This document shows, piece after piece, positions 54,910 to 64,000 of a stretch of 64,000 bases of DNA (its first letter is position 1; each line of letters opens with the position of its first letter). Below the pieces are notes generated by a model. It saw only the letters and a list, made by a program, of their open reading frames with translations. It did no database searches and had not been told where the DNA came from. Location: the NCBI GenBank assembly GCA_964016885.1, contig OZ024747.1:74958001-75022000 (forward strand). Direction: 5' to 3'. A program made the translations under genes and the position numbers. Source of the stretch: Eledone cirrhosa (taxonomy: Eukaryota).

Positions 54910-57900
54910 CGTACCACAACAACCGTCATCACAACACCTACCACAACAACCGTTATCACAACACCTACCACAACAACCATCATCACAACACCTACCACAA
55001 CAACCGTCATCACAACACCTACCACAACAACCATCATCACAACACCTACCACAACAACCATGATCACAACACCTACCACAACAACCATCATCACAACACC
55101 TACCACAACAACCGTCATCACAACACCTACCACAACAACCATCATCACAACACCTACCACAACAACCATCATCACAACACCTACCACAACAACCATCATC
55201 ACAACACCTACCACAACAACCATCATCACAACACCTACCACAACAACCGTCATCACAACACATACCACAACAACCGTCATCACAACACTTACCACAACAA
55301 CCATCATCACAACACTTACCACAACAACCATCATCACAACACCTACCACAACAACAACCATCATCACAACACCCACCACAACAACCGTCATCACAACATC
55401 TACCACAACAACCATCATCACAACACCTACCACAACAACCGTCCTCACAACACCTACCACAACAACCATCATCACAACACCTACCACAACAACAACCGTC
55501 ATCACAACACCTACCACAACAACAACCGTCATCACAACACCTACCACAACAACCATCATCACAACACCTACCTCAACAACCGTCATCACAACACCTACCA
55601 CAACAACCATCATCACAACACCTACCTCAACAACAGTCATCACAACACCTACCTCAACAACAGTCATCACAACACCTACCACAACAACCGTCATCACAAC
55701 ACCTACCACAACAACCGTCATCACAACACCTACCACAACAACAACCGTCATCACAACACCCACCACAACAACCGTCATCACAACACCCACCACAACAACC
55801 GTCATCACAACAACCATCATCACAACACCTACCACAACAACAGTCATCACAACACCTACCACAACAACCGTCATCACGACACCTACCACAACAACCATCA
55901 TCACAACACCTACCACAACAACCATCATCACAACACCTACCACAACAACCATCATCACAACACCTACCACAACAACCATCATCACAACACCTACCACAAC
56001 AACCATCATCACAACACCTACCACAACAACCGTCATCACAACACCTACCACAACAACCGTCATCACAACACCTACCACAACAACCGTCATCACAACACCC
56101 ACCACAACAACCGTCATCACAACAACCATCATCACAACACCTACCACAACAACAGTCATCACAACACCTACCACAACAACCGTCATCACGACACCTACCA
56201 CAACAACCATCATCACAACACGTACCACAACAACCATCATCACAACACCTACCACAACAACCATCATCACAACACCTACCACAACAACCATCATCACAAC
56301 ACCTACCTCAACAACAGTCATCACAACACCTACCACAACAACCGTCATCACAACACCTACCACAACAACCGTCATCACAACACCCACCACAACAACCGTC
56401 ATCACAACACCTACCACAACAACCGTCATCACAACACCTACCACAACAACCGTCATCACAACACCTACCACAACAACCGTCATCACAACACCTACCACAA
56501 CAACCGTCATCACAACACCCACCACAACAACCGTCATCACAACAACCATCATCACAACACCTACCACAACAACAGTCATCACAACACCTACCACAACAAC
56601 CGTCATCACGACACCTACCACAACAACCATCATCACAACACGTACCACAACAACCATCATCACAACACCTACCACAACAACCATCATCACAACACCTACC
56701 ACAACAACCATCATCACAACACCTACCTCAACAACAGTCATCACAACACCTACCACAACAACCGTCATCACAACACCTACCACAACAACCGTCATCACAA
56801 CACCCACCACAACAACCGTCATCACAACACCTACCACAACAACCGTCATCACAACACCTACCACAACAACAACCGTCATCACAACACCCACCACAACAAC
56901 CATCATCACAACACCTACCACAACAACAGTCATCACAACACCTACCACAACAACAGTCATCACAACACCTACCACAACAACCGTCATCACGACACCTACC
57001 ACAACAACCATCATCACAACACGTACCACAACAACCATCATCACAACACCTACCACAACAACCATCATCACAACACCTACGACAACAACCATCATCACAA
57101 CACCTACCACCACAACCATCATCACAACACCTACCACAACAACCGTCATCACAACACCTACCACAACAACCATCATCACAACACGTACCACAACAACCAT
57201 CATCACAACACCTACCAAAACAACCATCATCACAACACGTACCACAACAACCATCATCACAACACCTACCACAACAACCATCATTACAACACCCACCACA
57301 ACAACCGTCATCACAACACCCACCACAACAACCATTATCACAACACCTACCACAACAACAGTCATCACAACACTTACCACAACAACCGTCATCACAACAC
57401 TTACCACAACAACCGTCATCACAACACTTACCACAACAACCATCATCACAACACTTACCACAACAACCATCATCACAACACCTACCACAACAACCATCAT
57501 CACAACAACCATCATCACAACACTTACCACAACAACCATCATCACAACACCTACCACAACAACCATCATCACAACACCTACCACAACCATCATCACAACA
57601 CCTACCACAACAACCATCATCACAACACCTACCACAACAACCATCATCACAACACCTACCACAACAACCATCATCACAACACCCACCACAACAACCGTCA
57701 TCACAACACCTACCACAACAACCGTCATCACAACACCTACCACAACAACCGTCATCACAACACCTACCACAACAACCATCATCACAACACCCACCACAAC
57801 AACCGTCATCACAACACCTACCACAACAACCGTCATCACAACACCCACCACAACAACCGTCATCACAACACCTACCACAAAAACCGTCATCACAACACCC

Positions 57901-59350
57901 ACCACAACAACCGTCATCACAACACCTACCACAACAACCGTCATCACAACACCTACCACAACAACCGTCATCACAACACCCACCACAACAACCGTCATCA
58001 CAACACCCACCACAACAACCTTAATCGCAACACCTACCACAACAACCGTCATCACAACACGTACCACAACAACCGTCATCACAACACCTACCACAACAAC
58101 CATCATCCCAACACCCACCACAACAACCGTCATCACAACACCTACCACAACAACCGTCATCACAACACCCACCACAACAACCGTCATCACAACACCTACC
58201 ACAACAACCGTCATCACAACACGTACCACAACAACCGTCATCACAACACCTACCACAACAACCATCACCACAACACCCACCACAACAACCATCATCACAA
58301 CACCCACCACAACAACCGTCATCACAACACCCACCACAACAACCGTCATCACAACACCCACCACAACAACCTTAATCGCAACACCTACCACAACAACCAT
58401 CATCATAACACCTACCACAACAACCGTCATCACAACACCTACCACAACAACCATCATCACAACACCCACCACAACAACCGTCATCACAACACCTACCACA
58501 AAAACCGTCATCACAACACCCACCACAACAACCGTCATCACAACACCCACCACAACAACCTTAATCGCAACACCCACCACAACAACCGTCATCACAACAC
58601 CCACCACAACAACCATTATCACAACACCTACCACAACAACCGTCATCACAACACCTACCACAACAACAGTCATCACACCACCTACCACAACTACCATCAT
58701 CACAACACCTACCACAACAACAGTCATCACAACACCTACCACAACAACAGTCATCGCACCACCTACCACAACTACCATCATCACAACACCTACCACAACA
58801 ACAGTCATCACAACACCTACCACAACAACCATCACAACACCTACCACAACAACCATCATCACAACACCTACCACAACAACCGTCATCACAACACTTACCA
58901 CAACAACCGTCATCACAACACCTACCACAACAACCATCATCAAAACACCTACCACAACAACCATCATCACAACACCCACAACAACAACCGTCATCACAAC
59001 ACCTACAACAACAGTCATCACACCACCTACCACAACTACCATCATCACAACACTTACCACAACAGCCATCATCACAACACCCACAACAACAACTGTCATC
59101 ACAACACCTACCACAACAACCATCATCACAACACCTACCACAACAACCATCATCACAACACCTACCACAACAACAGTCATCACAACACCTACCACAACAA
59201 CCATCATCACAACACCTACCACAACAACCATCATCACAACACCTACCACAACAACCATCATCACAACACCTACCACAACAACCATCATCACAACACCTAC
59301 CACAACAACCATCATCACAACACCTACCACAACAACCATCATCACAACAC
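54910..59350. repeat. 27-bp minisatellite, about 160 copies
   Basis: Unit acaacacctaccacaacaacc(g/a)tcatc, translating as TTPTTTT(V/I)I. Confidence 0.96.
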
Positions 59351-59462
59351 CAAACCAAATTCAATGAAATGCAGTAAATAGTATCAGTTATCTGTAGTAT
59401 TTCTTCAACAAATGAATAAGATCTATATATACATTAAATAATATATATATAAATGTGCCGCA

Positions 59463-59502
<40 letters not shown>

Positions 59503-59509
59503 TTGTTTG

Positions 59510-59547
<38 letters not shown>

Positions 59548-59935
59548 TATGAAATTCTGAAAAATAGATGTCAAATAGTGATGATGATGTTTGTTTATTT
59601 TGTGTGTATATATATGTTTAAATATTTGTGTGTGTGTGTGTTTGACAAGGTGAGTGGGAAAGAATGTAAATCAAGTCAGTCTATCTTTGCAATTTCAAAA
59701 GGAAAGTTGTATTATGAATGCTCAGAAGTAAGGTATAGAACTTATATACTCTGTGTTGGTCCAAATATTCTGGAGCGTATACAATATATTTCTTTATATT
59801 TGTGTATATATACTTGCATATATGAAACAAGATTGTATATAAACAAACAGCCAAAATATTAAGAAACGTTGACTAGAAACATTACTTATATATATTTATT
59901 TTATGTTCCTATAACCATCTGGCTGATTATATATG

Positions 59936-60305
59936 GAGGCACATGGCTTAGTGGTTAGAGCATTTGCCTTACAATCGAAAGGTTGTGAGTTCAATTCTCA
60001 GACTGGGTGATGTGTTGTTTCCTTGAGCAAGACACTTTATTTCACATTGCTCCAGTTTACTCAGCTGTAGAAATGAGATGATAGGGACTGGGGTCCCTAT
60101 CATTCCACTGCAAAGGTTGTGGAGGTACCACGGCAAAAAAGCACCCAGCCCACACTGTAAAGTGGACGTGTAGGCGCCACGGAAAAAAGAACCCATCACT
60201 CACTGTAAATGAGGTTGGTGTCAGGGCATCCAGCTGTAGAAATCGAGCCAGAATCAGTTCCCGTCCCACCCTTGCAAGCAGGGAAAAGCGGACGTAAAAT
60301 GATAA
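59936..60305 (+). mobile_element. SINE family B, variant 3
   Basis: Contains aaaaaagcacccagcccacactgtaaagtggacgtgtaggcgccacg, also present in the RTE 1a 3' UTR (20700-20750). Confidence 0.85.
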
Positions 60306-60466
60306 TGTGTGTGTGAGTTTGTGTGTGTATTAACAAGATATCGTTTAAGGTAATCAGCGATTTTTAGACACACCGGACTAATGAAACAATTGTTAATACT
60401 TTAAATAAACCCTATTGTACAACCAACCATGTTATTCTGCACTCATTTACTATATATATATATAAA

Positions 60467-60980
60467 GGGAATGTGTGTGGTTCAGTGGTTAATGTTTTTG
60501 GCTCATAACGGTAAACTTTTGAGTTTGATTCTTGGACTAGGTGGCATATAATTTTTTCTACTTTTGGCACAAGGCCAGCAATTACCTAGTACATTACTGG
60601 TACTTTATTTTATCGACCCCGTAAGGATGAAAGGCAAAGTTAACCTTGGCGGGATTTGAACTCAGAATAGCAAGGGCCGTAACTCTATGCATCAAAGCAT
60701 GGCATCTGACCCTCTACCGATACTGCCAATCCACCGGACTAGGTGGCATATAATGTTTTGGATCAAAACAGTTTATTTCATGTTGCTCCAATCCACTCAG
60801 CTGGAAAAAACTGAGTTTTACCTGTAACCCAAGAAGCCAGTCATGTCATGCACTGCATCATACTGAATCTTCCTGAATGTTACGTTAAAATTACTGGTGT
60901 TTGTGGAATACTCAGCCATTCGCATGTTAATTTCATAAGTAGGCTGTTCCGTTGATTGAACAACTGGGTCACTTGTCAAA
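60467..60980 (+). mobile_element. SINE family B, variant 4, interrupted by a SINE A insertion
   Basis: Head at 60467-60552. The CORE-like segment resumes at 60755 and is followed by a different body. Confidence 0.6.
60553..60735 (-). mobile_element. SINE family A copy with target-site duplication of up to 19 bp
   Basis: ggactaggtggcatataat at 60534-60552 and 60736-60754. Confidence 0.88.
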
Positions 60981-61394
60981 ACTGAGGGAAATCCAGCACA
61001 CACACGTTTGAGGGTGTGTTTATATGCTAAGAGCCTTAATTTATTGGTTGGTAGTGTCACAATAAAGTCTCTATCATTATGGTATGTATCTTGGGTAAGT
61101 GTAGCCTCTGAAATCTGCTCATCTCTGATATATGCCAACAGAGTTGAACTTAGTATGACAATTATAGACTGCTGCCCTTACCAAGGTGTATTTATGTTTG
61201 GTTTGATAAACTAGACTGACTTCTCTGTTATTCTTCCTCTATATCTCTTTCCTACTTCCATTCTTTCACTGAAATCTGCTGTGTTCAGACCTTGAGAGGA
61301 GATTGGCTCCAACAGGTTTAAAATGCCATATGTCAATACGATGCATCTATTAATCTATTCATGAGTTACATGAGACCATTACATGCATATATAC

Positions 61395-61568
61395 AGTTCA
61401 CACTGTACTGTACATGAGGTTGCTGATAGGAAGGGCATCCAGCCATAGAAACCAAGCCAGAAATATTTCTGTATGAGCATGACATGGTCATCTGATCTGA
61501 CTTGTCGCACAATGGGACAACTCGTCTAGCCCATACTAGCTTGGAAAGTAGATGTAAAAATGATGGTT
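61395..61568 (+). mobile_element. RTE/SINE tail fragment
   Basis: aggaagggcatccagccatagaaacc...gatgtaaaaatgatg. Confidence 0.65.
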
Positions 61569-61963
61569 TGCGTGTATTTGTATTTACATCTAACCTTCTT
61601 GCCATGTATATAGACATGAAAAACTTGAAATTTATTTATACATGAATATGTATAAACTTTATTTATACATGAATATGTAATGCAAACAAATATTTTTGGA
61701 GGATGGCTTCTGTAAACTGTTTTTTCTGTGAAAATGCAATATCTATTTGTATATAACCATCACAGCTGCATCAACTTACCATGTCTGATGTTTTAAATAA
61801 TTTAGCCTTGTCTCTGTTACATTGTCATAAGTTAACGTTGTATGTCTGACAGGAACATACTCATGACTTCTGGGTAATTTTGGCAGGAATTTAATATCAT
61901 TTCACATCTGCTTTTCCTGTTAGCAAGGGTTGGAATTCTGTATATACATACATATATATATGT

Positions 61964-62280
61964 ATAGTGGTTAGAGCGTTGATCTCACAATCGTAAGGTT
62001 GTGAGTTTGAATCCCAGACTGGGTAGTGCATTGTGTTCTTGAGCAAAACACTTTATTTCACATTGGTCTAGTTTACTCACCTGTAGAAATTAGTTTTGAC
62101 ATCATTGGTCCCAAGCTCTATTGGCCATTGCCTTTCCCTTGGACAACATCGGTGGTGTGGAGAGGGGAGACAGGTTTATATGGGTGGCTGCTGGCTTTCC
62201 ACAGACACACACCTTGCCCAGGCTTGTGCCTCGGAGGGGAGCTTTCCAGGTGCAAAACCATGGTCATTAGTGACTGAATG
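61964..62280 (+). mobile_element. SINE family B, variant 2
   Basis: Homologous to 50926-51252. Confidence 0.78.
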
Positions 62281-63242
62281 GTGTCAACAATATATATTTA
62301 AAATAAATGACTGATAAGTTTCAGAAACCCGATACGATGCAGTAGAAGTATATAAAGGCAAAGGATGAGAAATAAAACAAAACAAAGGAATGTTTTACCC
62401 AGAATATTTCAACATGATATTTCGGGGTTATTACCTTCTTTTTAAATGTGAAACAAAAACAGTTCAAAACGAAAACAAATACTTGATGTGTTCTTCCCAT
62501 ACATATGTATATTTCATATGTGAAGCTAAATTTCTCTTCACTTACACTTCTGATACCCCTTGGGAAAGACGTGCACATCACAACATTCCGTTTTCTTCCC
62601 TCTGTAAGTGTGAAGCCTTGTGTCTGTTTAAAAGGAAATCAAAATTCAAATTGCTCACGTGTGTGTATGTGGAGGAAGGATTTTACCCTTAAACAGTTTC
62701 AGAAACTTTATTGGAAGTTTTTTTGGTTTTGAGAGTTCTTAGCAGTATGACATTCCTTTAAATTGAGTTAATTTTCTGTTTATCATTTTAAACTGATAAA
62801 TAAGGAAATATATTGTACATGTGACTCTGCACTTATATTGTGACAATATTTCATTTGTTGAGAAATCCATGTTGAGCCTCTATTCACAAATATTACACTG
62901 CTGAAACTAATGCTATCATCAGCAGATTAATCTAACAATCTTTGATTATCTATCACCATAGAAACCTTACATACTCTAAAATTGTGTGCGTACAACTTTT
63001 CTATTTGAGGCACAACAATTCTACTACTTTGTTCAAATATTCTCCATACTGTAGTGGTTCCAAACTATTCCACTACTACTAAGGACCTCTTTTATTTAAA
63101 TGAGTTTAGTCCCCTGCTCCTTCCCATGATTATACACCCACCTCCAAGATTGTTATACAGAGAATAACAGTTGCACAAGAGAAATATTTATGATTAAAGA
63201 AGATTGGATATCCAAAAACATAAGCATATGTTTTTGACAAAA

Positions 63243-63400
63243 TATTAAGTTGGACAGAAAGTTCTTGCCATTTTTCAAATTTTTTTTTATTGACTTGAGC
63301 ATTTCTTTACATTAGCAATATTTTACAAGTCAAAATAATTGCTACATTTGTGATAACTGTCTTCCATTGTTTAGGAAGGCACATGGTTCCATTACCTTTG
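63243..63400 (-). mobile_element. mariner-like transposon right end (transposase C-terminus relic plus TIR)
   Basis: LPKQWKTVIT resembles the mariner C-terminal LPxRWxKVI motif. TIR-like tattaagttggacagaaagttcttgcca begins at a TA. Confidence 0.55.
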
Positions 63401-64000
63401 TGAACCCCAGGATGGGAATTGCTGATATAGATCTGTCCACACATCTTAGCTATTATTGCATTCAATCCAGGATACCTGACAGCAGTATTATTAATTATTA
63501 ATGCTGTCACATGACCAAAGATGAAGTCTTTGGAATCACTCATGTGAGATTTCTCATTTCCTCTCGTTGCAATCAGGAATTGTAAGAGTGGGAGTAGAAC
63601 ACCCCCCTCCCCTACCTTCCCTCCCTGTCCATAACCCCAATTATTAATATGAACAAATTCTAGTTAAACATTTATTGAAGGAAATTTAACTAACTGACTT
63701 GAATGCTTCTGGCAATCATCAAATTCTCAGTGATCCCTTATTTCCATTCACTGCACAATTAACACAACATGTTGCTACATTCATCCCTCTCCACATTTTT
63801 TTTGTATCATCCATGACTTTATTGTGGAACCTTCCTTCCTCATCTCCTTACTCCAAAGAGAAAGCCTGGGATTCTTTATTATTTATTATATACTGAAAAA
63901 ACAAATGGGGGAAATAAAAGAATGGTCCCCGTTATAGCATGCGTCATCTTCTTACTCCAAAGAGAAAGCCTATTTATTATATGCAGAAAAAAGGGGTGGT

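Noticed and set aside
62412-62449. Possible further hammerhead relic on the minus strand (acat-ttaaaaaga-agg...cc-gaaa-ta-tc-atgt)
   Set aside because: The CUGANGA core is too degenerate to distinguish from chance.
63840-63971. Short direct repeats (tcatct(c/t)cttactccaaagagaaagcct twice; similar small duplications at 24227-24278, 37349-37402 and 61630-61679)
   Set aside because: Ordinary local duplications with no further structure.

Overview
AT-rich eukaryotic DNA that is almost entirely repeats. The SINE, RTE and MITE repertoire and the kilobase-scale (TA/TATG)n tracts look like an octopod cephalopod genome (inference). No host protein-coding exon or true RNA gene could be supported. The window holds a near-full-length but lesioned RTE LINE and several RTE fragments from two families, and 3' fragments of CR1/L2-, Tx1/L1- and R4/Dong-type LINEs. 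It also holds many tRNA-headed SINEs with swapped bodies and tails, TTAA-ended (piggyBac-like) MITEs, a Helitron-like element, a mariner end, and several mini- and microsatellites. Main observations: (1) a 608-bp hairpin-rich non-coding retro-like element, four copies, always inside TA microsatellites, with a fixed 3' end and variable 5' truncation; (2) Penelope-type hammerhead ribozyme motifs; (3) a Tx1 LINE that appears to target (TATC)n; (4) an RTE copy with twin-priming-type 5' inversion; (5) satellites that arose from transposon modules. Boundaries were read by eye and may be off by a few bases.
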